Shown piece by piece: positions 9,762-21,722 of a stretch of DNA of 64,000 nucleotides. This DNA is from an uncultured Actinomycetota bacterium (GTDB lineage: Bacteria > Actinomycetota > Actinomycetes > Actinomycetales > Dermatophilaceae), in NCBI GenBank assembly GCA_963843895.1, contig CAWJME010000004.1, positions 628 to 64,627 of the forward strand, read 5' to 3'. Within the stretch, counting starts at the first letter, position 1. Every line of letters starts with the position of its first letter. Below the pieces are notes generated by a model that had not been told where the DNA came from, did not search any database, and saw only the letters and a list, made by a program, of their open reading frames with translations. Position numbers and translations under genes: made by a program.

Positions 9762-11771
9762 GTGTCTACGCCCGGACGTCTGGTCAAGCGTGTCCTCGTG
9801 GGCCGCGCGATGCGCAGTGACCGGCTCGGGGAGACCCTGCTGCCGAAGAAGCTGGCGCTGCCGGTCTTCGCGAGCGACGCGCTCTCGTCGGTGGCCTACG
9901 CCCCCGACGAGATCCTCCTCACCCTCGGCCTGGCCGGCGGCACGCTGGCGCTGACCCAGTCGTGGAAGATCGCCCTCGTCGTCGTGGTCGTGATGGGCGT
10001 CGTCATCATGAGCTACCGGCAGAACGTCCACGCCTACCCGAGTGGTGGCGGTGACTACGAGGTCGCGAGCGTCAACCTCGGGCCGCGCGCCGGCCTGACC
10101 GTCGCGAGCGCCCTCCTCGTCGACTACGTGCTCACCGTGGCCGTCTCGGTCTCCTCCGGGGTGCAGAACGCCGCCTCCGCGTTCACGTTCCTGCGTGGCC
10201 ACGAGGCGCTCGCGGCGGTGGCGATCATCGTGCTGCTCACCGCGATGAACCTGCGCGGGGTGCGCGAGTCCGGGACGGCCTTTGCCATCCCGACCTACCT
10301 CTTCATGACCGCGATCCTCGGGATGGCCGCGTTCGGCTTCTACCGGAAGGTGGCGGGGGACCTGCCGCCCGCCGAGAGCGCGACCCTCCAGCTCCGCCCG
10401 GAGACCGGGTTCGCGGAGCTCGGGTCGATCGCGATGGCGTTCCTCTTCCTGCGGGCGTTCTCCTCCGGCTGTGCCGCCCTCACCGGTGTCGAGGCGATCT
10501 CCAACGGCGTCCCGGCCTTCAAGAAGCCCAAGAGCCGCAACGCGGCCTCGACCCTGCTCCTCATGGGCACGATCTCGGTGACCATGCTCATGTCCATGGT
10601 CGCCCTCGCGTCGTGGACGGGGGTCAAGTACGCCGACGACGAGGCGAACCAGCTGCTGCGCGACGGGGTGCCGGTCGGCGACGGCTACGTCCAGGACACC
10701 GTGATGGGCCAGGTGTCCAAGGCCGTCTTCTCGGACTTCCACCTCGGCGTGGTCGTCGTCTCGATCGTCACCGGGCTCATCCTCGTGCTCGCGGCGAACA
10801 CCGCCTTCAACGGCTTCCCGGTGCTCGGCTCGATCCTCGCCCGCGACGGCTTCCTCCCGCGCCAGCTCCACACCCGGGGTGACCGGCTCGCGTTCTCCAA
10901 CGGCATCCTCATCCTCGCCGGCGCCGCCGCCTTCCTCGTCGTGATCTTCAACGCCGACGTCACCCGCCTCATCCAGCTGTACATCGTCGGGGTGTTCGTC
11001 TCCTTCACGCTGTCGCAGGTCGGGATGGTCCGGCACTGGAACCGGTTCCTGCGCGTCGAGAGGGACCCGGCGGCCCGCTCCCGGATGCTCCGCAGCCGGG
11101 TCATCAACGGCGTCGGTGCGGCGATGTCCGGCCTGGTGCTGCTCGTCGTCCTCGCGACGAAGTTCGTCCACGGCGCCGGGTACGCCATCGCGGCGATGGG
11201 GGTGCTCTTCTTCCTCATGCTCGGGGTCCGGAAGCACTACGACCACGTGCGCGACGAGCTGAGTGTCGAGGAGGGGGACACCAAGGCCCAGATGCTGCCC
11301 TCGCGGGTCCACGCCATCGTGCTCGTCGCGAAGATCCACAAGCCCACCCTGCGGGCCCTCGCGTACGCACGGGCGACCCGCCCGTCGGTGCTCGAGGCGA
11401 TCAGTGTCGCGGTCGACCCGGACGAGACCCGCGCCCTCCAGGCGGAGTGGGACCGGCGCGACATCCCCGTCCCGCTCAAGGCGCTCGACAGCCCGTACCG
11501 GGAGATCACCCGGCCCGTGCTCGACTACGTCCGTTCGATCCGCAGCGACAACCCCCGGGACATCGTCGTCGTCTACATCCCGCAGTACGTCGTGGGGCAC
11601 TGGTGGGAGCAGATCCTGCACAACCAGAGCGCGCTGCGCCTGCGGACCCGCCTGCTCTTCACCCCCGGGGTCATGGTCTCCTCGGTGCCCTGGCAGCTCG
11701 CCTCCTCGGAGGGCGCCGAGGAGCGGATGGACGGCCCGGTCGTGGGCGACGTCCGCCGCGGCGACCTCTGA
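9762..11771 (+). CDS. APC-superfamily amino acid/cation permease with C-terminal cytosolic domain
   Basis: GTG 9762 in track ORF 9711..11771. About 12 hydrophobic helices, then a soluble tail. Divergent from trkA. Confidence 0.8.
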   Translation: MSTPGRLVKRVLVGRAMRSDRLGETLLPKKLALPVFASDALSSVAYAPDEILLTLGLAGGTLALTQSWKIALVVVVVMGVVIMSYRQNVHAYPSGGGDYEVASVNLGPRAGLTVASALLVDYVLTVAVSVSSGVQNAASAFTFLRGHEALAAVAIIVLLTAMNLRGVRESGTAFAIPTYLFMTAILGMAAFGFYRKVAGDLPPAESATLQLRPETGFAELGSIAMAFLFLRAFSSGCAALTGVEAISNGVPAFKKPKSRNAASTLLLMGTISVTMLMSMVALASWTGVKYADDEANQLLRDGVPVGDGYVQDTVMGQVSKAVFSDFHLGVVVVSIVTGLILVLAANTAFNGFPVLGSILARDGFLPRQLHTRGDRLAFSNGILILAGAAAFLVVIFNADVTRLIQLYIVGVFVSFTLSQVGMVRHWNRFLRVERDPAARSRMLRSRVINGVGAAMSGLVLLVVLATKFVHGAGYAIAAMGVLFFLMLGVRKHYDHVRDELSVEEGDTKAQMLPSRVHAIVLVAKIHKPTLRALAYARATRPSVLEAISVAVDPDETRALQAEWDRRDIPVPLKALDSPYREITRPVLDYVRSIRSDNPRDIVVVYIPQYVVGHWWEQILHNQSALRLRTRLLFTPGVMVSSVPWQLASSEGAEERMDGPVVGDVRRGDL

Positions 11772-13060
11772 TGACGCCCGGAGGCCCCGGGCTCGCGGTC
11801 GACGACGAGGTCGAGGTCGAGGTCACCGCGTTCGCGCACGGCGGGCACTGCGTCGCCCGGCACGACGGCCAGGTCCTCTTCGTCCGGCACACGCTCCCGG
11901 GGGAGCGGGTGCGGGCGCGGGTCACCGAGGTCGGGTCCGGCGCGCGGTTCGTGCGCGCCGACGCGGTCGAGGTGGTCGCGGCCTCCCCGGACCGCGTCGA
12001 GCCGCCGTGCCCCTGGAGCGGTCCGGGGGCCTGTGGCGGCTGCGACCTCCAGCACGTCGGGCTCACGGCCCAGCGGCGGCTCAAGGCGGGCGTGGTCCGT
12101 GAGCAGATGGCGCGCCTCGCCCGGCTCGAGGTCGACGTCGAGGTCGAGCCGGTCCCGGGGGACGCCGACGGCCTGGGCTGGCGGACGCGGGTCGAGTTCG
12201 CGGTCGGGCCGGACGGGCGCGCCGGGCTGCGCCGGCACCGCTCGCACGAGCTCGTCCCGGTCGACCGCTGCCGGATCGCGGCCCCGGGCGTCAGCGGGCT
12301 CGCGGTCACGGAGCGCGACTGGCCCGGTGCCGAGGCGGTCGACGTCGTCGCGCCCTCGGTCGGCGACCCCGTGGCCGTCGTCGTACCCGGCGGTGACGTG
12401 CCCGAGGTCGTCGAGCACGTCGAGGCCACGTGGGCCCGGGGCGACGGGTTGGTCGCGTACGCGCACGGGCACGAGGTCTCGGCGCGCGGGTTCTGGCAGG
12501 TCCACCCCGGGGCGGCCTCGACCTTCCTCGAGGCGGTCATGGGGGTGCTCGACGTCCGGCCGGGGGAGCGGGCGCTCGACCTCTACGCGGGCGTGGGGCT
12601 GTTCGCGGCCGCGCTGTCCGAGGCCGTCGGGTCGACGGGGCAGGTCGTGGCGGTCGAGTCCGACCGGGACGCCGTCGAGCGGGCCACGGCCGGCCTCGCC
12701 GCCGCCGGCAACGTCGTCGTCGTCGGCGCGCGGGTCGACGAGGCGTTCGGTCTGCCTCGGGCCGACCGGCGCCGGGGCCGGGCGCGCCGATCCGTGCGGT
12801 CGCCGCTGCTCCCGCAGCGCGCCGACGTCGTCGTCCTCGACCCGCCGCGCACCGGCGCCGGGGCGGCCGTGGTCCGGGCGGTCACCGCCCTGCGGCCGCG
12901 CGCCATCGCCTACGTGGCCTGCGACCCGGCGGCGCTGGCCCGCGACGCCGCCACCTTCGCCGAGCAGGGGTACCGGCTCGCAGGCCTGCGCGCGTTCGAC
13001 GCCTTCCCGATGACCCACCACGTCGAGTGCGTCGCCCACTTCGAGCCGATCCCGGCGTGA
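11771..13060 (+). CDS. TRAM-domain class I SAM-dependent RNA (uracil-5) methyltransferase, RlmD/TrmA family
   Basis: ATG 11771 overlaps the upstream TGA. CPWSGPGACGGCDLQH Fe-S motif; LDLYAGVGLF SAM motif; VVLDPPRTG; YVACDPA. Confidence 0.85.
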   Translation: MTPGGPGLAVDDEVEVEVTAFAHGGHCVARHDGQVLFVRHTLPGERVRARVTEVGSGARFVRADAVEVVAASPDRVEPPCPWSGPGACGGCDLQHVGLTAQRRLKAGVVREQMARLARLEVDVEVEPVPGDADGLGWRTRVEFAVGPDGRAGLRRHRSHELVPVDRCRIAAPGVSGLAVTERDWPGAEAVDVVAPSVGDPVAVVVPGGDVPEVVEHVEATWARGDGLVAYAHGHEVSARGFWQVHPGAASTFLEAVMGVLDVRPGERALDLYAGVGLFAAALSEAVGSTGQVVAVESDRDAVERATAGLAAAGNVVVVGARVDEAFGLPRADRRRGRARRSVRSPLLPQRADVVVLDPPRTGAGAAVVRAVTALRPRAIAYVACDPAALARDAATFAEQGYRLAGLRAFDAFPMTHHVECVAHFEPIPA

Positions 13061-13176
13061 GGCGCAGCGGGTGCCGGACCCCGCCGCACCATGCCCGCGG
13101 GCAGCCGACGCCCTCGCCCCTCGCGGCACACCGACGCCGGGCATAGGCTCGACCGGGAACGGACCGTGTGGTTAGA

Positions 13177-13194
13177 TATCTTGACGTCAAGATA
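13177..13194. promoter_or_regulatory. 18-bp perfect palindrome TATCTTGACGTCAAGATA (candidate operator) upstream of acnA
   Basis: Read directly. 12 of 18 positions are A/T in a very GC-rich context. About 50 nt upstream of the acnA GTG. Contains a TTGACG hexamer. Confidence 0.45.
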
Positions 13195-13245
13195 AATCGC
13201 GGGACGACATCGTCGCGACGACGCAACGACCTGAAGGGAGCCCCG

Positions 13246-16056
<2,811 letters not shown>

Positions 16057-16083
16057 GCTCGCGAGGCGTCAAGCCCGCCGGTC

Positions 16084-16128
16084 GACGAGGCCGCCCCACC
16101 CCGGACGACCGGGGCGGGCGGCCTCGTC
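16084..16128. terminator. GC-rich hairpin between convergent acnA and cysH
   Basis: GACGAGGCCGCCCCACCCCGG-ACGA-CCGGGGCGGGCGGCCTCGTC, near-perfect arms read by eye. Confidence 0.5.
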
Positions 16129-16153
16129 CGTGTCCGACCCCGCTCGGGGAGGG

Positions 16154-16870
16154 TCACTGGTGGATGCCGCACTCCGTCCTGCCCGTCCCGGCCCAGCGTC
16201 CCGACCGCGGGTCGGCGCCCGGCTCGACGCGGGACGTGCACGGGGCGCAGCCGATCGACGGGTACTCGTCGGAGAGCAGGAGGTTGACCGGGAGGTGGTG
16301 CCGCATGGCGTACCCGAGGACCTCGTCAGCGGTCCACGCGACGAGCGGGTTCACCTTGACCATGCCGTTGGTCTCGTCGAACGTCACGGACGGGGTGTCC
16401 GCTCGCGCAGGGGACTCCTCTCGCCGGAGGCCGGACATCCAGCACTCGTAGCCCGTGAGCGCCTCTCGCAGCGGCTCGATCTTGCGCATCCGGCAGCACG
16501 CCCCGGGGTCACGCTCGTGGAGGCGCGGGCCGTGGGCGGCGTCCTGCTCCGCGACGGAGAGCCGCGGGCGCACGGTGCGGACCGTGACGTCGAGGGAGAA
16601 CGCCACCTCGTCCCGCGCTCCCAGCGTCTCGGCGAAGTGGTAGCCGGTGTCGAGGAAGAGGATGTCGACGCCCGGGGCGTGCTGCGAGACCAGGTGGGGG
16701 AGAGCCGCGTTCTCCATGCTCGAGGCGACCGCCAGGGTGCCGGGGAAGCTGCGCGCCGCCCAGGCGATCACCGCGTCGGTCGAGGCCTCGCCGACGAGGC
16801 GGGCTCCGTCCTCGGCGAGGGCCCTCAGCTGCTCGGTGGAGCGCCGGGTGCGGGTCGCGACGGCGGTCAT
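16154..16870 (-). CDS. cysH: adenylyl-sulfate/phosphoadenylyl-sulfate reductase (Fe-S type)
   Basis: ATG 16870 overlaps the sirA stop (ATGA). C-terminal part of track ORF 16154..17146. CCRMRKIEPL, SIGCAPCT and a C-terminal ECGIH. Confidence 0.9.
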   Translation of the reverse strand: MTAVATRTRRSTEQLRALAEDGARLVGEASTDAVIAWAARSFPGTLAVASSMENAALPHLVSQHAPGVDILFLDTGYHFAETLGARDEVAFSLDVTVRTVRPRLSVAEQDAAHGPRLHERDPGACCRMRKIEPLREALTGYECWMSGLRREESPARADTPSVTFDETNGMVKVNPLVAWTADEVLGYAMRHHLPVNLLLSDEYPSIGCAPCTSRVEPGADPRSGRWAGTGRTECGIHQ

Positions 16871-18576
16871 CGGAGCTCGTCCTCGTCGACCCGGTGGGCC
16901 CAGGACGAGAACGTCTCGGCGCCTGCGCGCTGCGCCAGGAACCGCCGCACGAGGCGCTCCACGAGGTCCGGGAGCTCGTCGGCGGTGACCCGGAGCCCAC
17001 GGACCGTGCGGCCGAGCCCGGCCTCGTCGCGGTCCGCCGACGCGAGGCCGCCGCCGAGGTGCACCTGGAAGCCGGGCCGCTGCTCGCCGTCGATGGTGAC
17101 GAGCTGGCCCTTGAGCCCGATGTCCGCGACCTGGATGCGGGCGCACGAGTTGGGGCAGCCGTTGACGTGCAGGCTGATCGGGGTGTCGAGGTCGGCGGTG
17201 GCGTCGGCGAGCCGGCGCTCGAGCTCGGCGATGGCCGTGGCCGCGGTGGCCTTGGTCTCGACGATCGCGAGCTTGCAGAACTCGATGCCGGTGCAGGCCA
17301 TGGCGTGGCGCCGGAACACGCTCGGGGACACCGAGAGACCGAGGCGCTCGAGCCCGGCGACGAGCGCGTCGAGCCGGTCGGGGGAGACGTCGAGCACGAC
17401 GAGCTTCTGGTGCGGGGTGAGCCGGATCCGGTCGGTGCCGGCGGCGGCCATGAGGTCGGCGAGCCCGGTGAGCACCGCGCCGCTGATCCGCCCGACGGTC
17501 GGCGCGGCGCCGACGTAGTGGGTGCCGTCCTTCTGGAGGTGCACGCCGACGTGGTCACCGGGGGTGGTCGCCGGGGCGGGGGGAGGGCCGTCCGGCAGGG
17601 CGCGCCCGAGGTAGTCCTCCTCGAGCACGCGGCGGAACTCGGCCGTCCCCCACTCGGCGAGGAGGAACTTCAGCCGGGCCTTGGTGCGCAGCCGCCGGTA
17701 GCCGTGGTCGCGGAAGATCCGGACCACGCCGTGCCACACCTCGGCGGCGTCGTCCGCGCTGACGAAGGCGCCGAGCCGCTCGGCGAGCCGGGGGGCGGTG
17801 GACAGCCCGCCGCCGACCCAGAGGTCGTACCCGGGGCCGAGCTCGGGGTGGACGACGCCGACGAGGGAGATGTCGTTGACCTCGTGGACGACGTCGAGGC
17901 TCGGGTGCCCGGTGACCGCCGACTTGAACTTCCGGGGCAGGTTGGCGAGCTCGGGGTCGCCGACGTACCGGCGGACGATCTCGTCGATGACGGGGGTGGG
18001 GTCGATGATCTCGTCGGCGGCGATCCCGGCGAGCGGGCTGCCGAGGACGACGCGCGGGGTGTCGCCGCACGCCTCGGTGGTCTGGAGGCCCACGGACTCC
18101 AGCCGGCGCCAGATCTCGGGGACGTCCTCGACCCGGATCCAGTGGAACTGGATGTTCTGCCGGTCGCTGATGTCGGCGGTGCCCCGGGCGAACTCGGCGG
18201 AGATGTCGGCGAGGACGCGGAGCTGGGCCAGGGTGAGGGCGCCGCCGTCGAGGCGGGCGCGGAGCATGAAGTACTCGTCGGAGAGCTCGGCGTCGTCGAG
18301 CTGGGCGGTGCGTCCGCCGTCGATGCCGGGCCTGCGCTGGGTGTAGAGGCCCCACCAGCGGAACCGACCGCCGAGGTCCTGGGGCGGGATGGAGGAGAAG
18401 CCTTCCCTGCTGTAGACCTCCTCGATCCGCTGCCGGACCGCGAGGCCGCCCTCCTCCTGCTTCCACTCCTCGTTCGCGTTGAGCGGGGTCCGCCCGTCGA
18501 CGGCCCACTGGCCGTTGGAGCGGCCCGGGCGAGGCGGACGCAGAGCTCGCCGGGGTACATCGGTCGTCGTCGTCAT
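16867..18576 (-). CDS. sirA: ferredoxin-dependent sulfite reductase (nitrite/sulfite reductase family)
   Basis: Track ORF 16867..18591. MTTTTD start at 18576. RFRWWGLY; sirohaem/4Fe-4S motifs TEACGDTPR and MACTGIEFCKLA...NGCPNSCAR. Confidence 0.85.
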   Translation of the reverse strand: MTTTTDVPRRALRPPRPGRSNGQWAVDGRTPLNANEEWKQEEGGLAVRQRIEEVYSREGFSSIPPQDLGGRFRWWGLYTQRRPGIDGGRTAQLDDAELSDEYFMLRARLDGGALTLAQLRVLADISAEFARGTADISDRQNIQFHWIRVEDVPEIWRRLESVGLQTTEACGDTPRVVLGSPLAGIAADEIIDPTPVIDEIVRRYVGDPELANLPRKFKSAVTGHPSLDVVHEVNDISLVGVVHPELGPGYDLWVGGGLSTAPRLAERLGAFVSADDAAEVWHGVVRIFRDHGYRRLRTKARLKFLLAEWGTAEFRRVLEEDYLGRALPDGPPPAPATTPGDHVGVHLQKDGTHYVGAAPTVGRISGAVLTGLADLMAAAGTDRIRLTPHQKLVVLDVSPDRLDALVAGLERLGLSVSPSVFRRHAMACTGIEFCKLAIVETKATAATAIAELERRLADATADLDTPISLHVNGCPNSCARIQVADIGLKGQLVTIDGEQRPGFQVHLGGGLASADRDEAGLGRTVRGLRVTADELPDLVERLVRRFLAQRAGAETFSSWAHRVDEDELR

Positions 18577-18623
18577 GCCAGCCGTCCTCATCCAGTCGTC
18601 GGTTACGTCGCGTCATGCAACCT

Positions 18624-18638
18624 ATAACGTGTCGTTAT
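18624..18638. promoter_or_regulatory. palindrome ATAACG-TGT-CGTTAT in the sirA / hypothetical-gene divergent region
   Basis: Read directly. AT-rich. 48 nt upstream of the sirA start codon on the minus strand. Confidence 0.4.
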
Positions 18639-18675
18639 TCTCGCCACCGGGGTCCACCCAGTGGACGGAGGGCCT

Positions 18676-19146
18676 ATGATCGAACACGTGTTCGATGATG
18701 CGGGGGCTGCCGGCGGGCCGCCACTCCGTGCGCCGACCCCCGCGGCGCCGGCCCGCCGCCGCTCCGGTGCCGGGGCCACCGGAGCCGGCGGCCCGCCCGG
18801 GTGGCCTCAGGGCGTCCCGCCGCCGGGGGAGCGGGGGTGGGAGCACCGCGCGCTCGCCTGGCTGCTCGACCACTGCCCGCCCGACTACCGGCTCTACCCG
18901 GCGTGGCGGCGCCATCCCATCGCCCTGGCCTGGCTGGCGGTGCGTCACCTCGAGGCCCAGCTCGAGGCGATGCGCACGTCCTACCGGGAGGTGCGGGTCG
19001 CCCTCGTCGACGACATCGGGCCCGAGGGGGTCACCCAGGTGCTCGCCGACCTCGAGTGCGAGGGAGTCCGGCTCGTCGCCGCCCACCGGGCCGCCTGCCT
19101 GCTCCTGGACGCCCTCCGCGGCCTCGAGTTCGTCCCCCGGCTCTGA
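18676..19146 (+). CDS. hypothetical protein
   Basis: Track ORF 18661..19146. ATG 18676 is preceded by GGAGGG. Good GC3 in the C-terminal two thirds ([27 protein letters not shown]...). No family recognised. Confidence 0.5.
   Translation: MIEHVFDDAGAAGGPPLRAPTPAAPARRRSGAGATGAGGPPGWPQGVPPPGERGWEHRALAWLLDHCPPDYRLYPAWRRHPIALAWLAVRHLEAQLEAMRTSYREVRVALVDDIGPEGVTQVLADLECEGVRLVAAHRAACLLLDALRGLEFVPRL
18679..18696. promoter_or_regulatory. 18-bp perfect palindrome ATCGAACACGTGTTCGAT overlapping codons 2-7 of the hypothetical gene
   Basis: Read directly. Begins 3 nt after ATG 18676. Confidence 0.4.
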
Positions 19147-19171
19147 GCACTCGGCCGGCCCCCGCGCGGCT

Positions 19172-19230
19172 CGAGAGTGCAGGACATGCCGATGTCAGGG
19201 CACGCACCATGCGCATGTCCTGCACTCTCG
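19172..19230. repeat. inverted repeat with 17-bp perfect arms (CGAGAGTGCAGGACATG / CATGTCCTGCACTCTCG) and a 25-nt loop
   Basis: Read directly. 25 nt after the stop of the hypothetical gene and about 155 nt upstream of dxs. Confidence 0.6.
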
Positions 19231-19384
19231 ACGGCCGCCGCCTGCGCGCCGTGACGTGGAGGCCGTGTGGAGCCCGGGTGAGGATCTGCCGCTGCACCCT
19301 CGACGGGTTCGGGCGCGCACGGCCCCAGCGCCTAGACTCGTCGGGTTCGACCGGACCCGAGAGCGACGAGGAGGTGGGCCCGCG

Positions 19385-21253
19385 GTGAGCCTGCTGGAAC
19401 GGATCGGCGGTCCGCGCGACCTCAAGGCACTCCCGGCGGAGCAGCTGCCCGCGCTCGCCGAGGAGGTCCGCGCCTTCCTCGTCGACCAGGTCTCCCGCAC
19501 CGGGGGCCACCTCGGGCCGAACCTCGGCGTCGTCGAGCTCACCATCGCGATCCACCGGGTGTTCGACTCCCCGAAGGACGCGGTCGTCTTCGACACCGGG
19601 CACCAGTCCTACGTCCACAAGCTGCTCACCGGCCGGCAGGACTTCTCCGCCCTGCGCAAGGAGGGGGGCCTGTCCGGCTACCCGAGCCGGGGCGAGTCCG
19701 AGCACGACGTCGTCGAGAACTCGCACGCCTCGACCTCGCTGTCCTGGGCCCACGGCATCGCCGCCGGCCGGGTGGTGCGCGGCGAGCGCAACCGGCACAC
19801 CGTCGCGGTCATCGGCGACGGCGCGCTGACCGGCGGTATGGCCTGGGAGGCCCTCAACAACATCGCCGCCGAGGGCGACCTCCCGCTGGTCCTCGTCGTC
19901 AACGACAACGAGCGCTCCTACGCCCCGACCCGCGGCGGGCTCGCCGACCACCTCGCGACGCTGCGCACGACCCGCGGCTACGAGCGCTTCCTCGACTGGG
20001 GCAAGCGCAACGTCTCCCGCACCCCCGTCGTCGGCGGCGCGATGTACGAGACGCTGCACGGCGTCAAGAAGGGCATCAAGGACATCGTCGCCCCGCAGGG
20101 GATGTTCGAGGACCTCGGCCTCAAGTACATCGGCCCGGTCGACGGTCACGACGAGCCCGCCCTCGAGGCGGCGCTGCGCAAGGCCCGCGCCTACGGGGGG
20201 CCGGTGCTCGTCCACGTCCTCACCCAGAAGGGCCGCGGCTACGACCCGGCCATCACCGACGAGGCCGACCAGTTCCACGCCGTCGGGGTCATCAACCCCG
20301 AGACCGGCCTGCCGCTCGAGATCGCCGGCCGCAGCTGGACCGACGAGTTCGCCGACACCATGGTCGAGCTCGGCGAGGAGCGCGACGACGTGGTCGCCCT
20401 CACCGCCGCGATGATGATGCCGGTCGGCCTCCAACCGTTCGCCGACCGCTTCCCCGAGCGCACCTTCGACGTCGGCATCGCCGAACAGCACGCGCTGACG
20501 ATGGCCGCCGGGCTCGCGTTCTCCGGCCTGCACCCCGTCGTCGCGGTGTACGCGACCTTCCTCAACCGCGCCTTCGACCAGCTCCTCATGGACTGCGCCC
20601 TGCACAAGGCGGGGGTCACCGTGGTGCTCGACCGCTCCGGCGTCACCGGCCCGGACGGCGCCTCGCACCACGGGATGTGGGACATGACGATCAGCGGGGT
20701 CGTGCCGGGCCTGCACCTCGCGGCGCCCCGCGACGGCCAGCAGGTGGCCCGTGCCGTCCGTGCCGCCGTCGCCATCGACGACGCGCCGTCGGTCGTGCGC
20801 TTCCCCAAGGGCAGCGTCGCCGAGCCGATCGAGGCGGTCCGCGTCGTCGGCGGGGTCGACGTGCTCGCCGAGCCGGACGAGGGCGATGTCGACGTCCTCG
20901 TCGTCGGGATCGGCTCGATGGCCGCGACCGCGCTCACCGCGGCGGAGAAGCTCGCGGCCGAGGGGCACCGGGTCCGGGTCGTCGACCCCGTGTGGGCGCT
21001 CCCCGTCCCGGAGGCCGTGGTCGGGCTCGCCCGCAGTGCTCACCGGGTCGCCGTCGTCGAGGACAACGTCGTCGTCGGGGGCATCGGGTCGCAGGTCACG
21101 CAGAGCCTGCGGGACGCCGGCCTGGACGTGCCCGTCGACCTGTTCGGCCTGCCCAAGCGCTTCATCGACCACGCCTCGCGCGGTCAGGTGCTGGACGCCG
21201 TCGGCCTCACTCCCGACGCCATCGCCTCCCGGCTGCTCACCCACCTCGGCTGA
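19385..21253 (+). CDS. dxs: 1-deoxy-D-xylulose-5-phosphate synthase
   Basis: GTG 19385 in track ORF 18695..21253. [39 protein letters not shown] and DVGIAEQHA motifs. Confidence 0.95.
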   Translation: MSLLERIGGPRDLKALPAEQLPALAEEVRAFLVDQVSRTGGHLGPNLGVVELTIAIHRVFDSPKDAVVFDTGHQSYVHKLLTGRQDFSALRKEGGLSGYPSRGESEHDVVENSHASTSLSWAHGIAAGRVVRGERNRHTVAVIGDGALTGGMAWEALNNIAAEGDLPLVLVVNDNERSYAPTRGGLADHLATLRTTRGYERFLDWGKRNVSRTPVVGGAMYETLHGVKKGIKDIVAPQGMFEDLGLKYIGPVDGHDEPALEAALRKARAYGGPVLVHVLTQKGRGYDPAITDEADQFHAVGVINPETGLPLEIAGRSWTDEFADTMVELGEERDDVVALTAAMMMPVGLQPFADRFPERTFDVGIAEQHALTMAAGLAFSGLHPVVAVYATFLNRAFDQLLMDCALHKAGVTVVLDRSGVTGPDGASHHGMWDMTISGVVPGLHLAAPRDGQQVARAVRAAVAIDDAPSVVRFPKGSVAEPIEAVRVVGGVDVLAEPDEGDVDVLVVGIGSMAATALTAAEKLAAEGHRVRVVDPVWALPVPEAVVGLARSAHRVAVVEDNVVVGGIGSQVTQSLRDAGLDVPVDLFGLPKRFIDHASRGQVLDAVGLTPDAIASRLLTHLG

Positions 21254-21265
21254 ACCACGCACCCC

Positions 21266-21386
21266 GGTCACGAATCGACGAATGTGTCAGTTCGTGTACG
21301 GACCGAGTGGTCACGAATCGTCGAATGTGTCAGTTCGTGTACGGACCGAGTGGTCACGAATCGTCGAATGTGTCAGTTCGTGTACG
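21266..21386. repeat. 43-bp tandem repeat, 2.8 copies (GGTCACGAATCGTCGAATGTGTCAGTTCGTGTACGGACCGAGT)
   Basis: Units at 21266, 21309 and 21352. Units 2 and 3 are identical; unit 1 differs at one base. About 53% GC by hand count. Each unit contains CACGAA...TTCGTG and GGTC...GACC inverted segments. Confidence 0.9.
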
Positions 21387-21398
21387 CGCCGGGTGCCC

Positions 21399-21644
21399 TC
21401 AGCCGGCCACTGACTCCGGTCGGCCCGTGACCGCGTAGCCGTCGGCCAGGCCGCTCACGAGCACGTCGACGAGGTCCGGCACGTCCGTCGGGTCGACCCG
21501 GACGGTCGCGACGCACACGTTGTCGCGCCACACGGACAGCACCAGGACGTCGGCCTCGTGGTGCCACGTCGCGCGCAGGGCACGTCCCTCGCCGCGGGTG
21601 TCGGCGACGACCCCGCTGCGACCGCGGACGGGCTGGCGCTCCAT
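21399..21644 (-). CDS. small hypothetical protein
   Basis: Track ORF, 81 aa, plausible composition (WHHEADVLVLSVWRDNVCVATVRVDPTDVPDLVDVLV). No family recognised. Confidence 0.45.
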   Translation of the reverse strand: MERQPVRGRSGVVADTRGEGRALRATWHHEADVLVLSVWRDNVCVATVRVDPTDVPDLVDVLVSGLADGYAVTGRPESVAG

Positions 21645-21722
21645 CCACCGATTCTGCGCTTGGTCCCGCTCGGTGTCGAGAGGTCGGGCCGCCCGCGCCG
21701 GCCGGACGGCCGTGGCGTCGGG

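Noticed and set aside
21266-21386. Tandem repeat considered as a CRISPR array
   Set aside because: The units are directly contiguous with no spacers, there are only 2.8 copies, and no cas genes are in the window.
20751-21438. Track ORFs reading through the 43-bp repeats (e.g. ...NRRMCQFVYGPSGHESSNVSVRV...)
   Set aside because: The repeated peptide simply mirrors the DNA repeat. The region lies between the stops of two convergent genes and has atypically low GC3.
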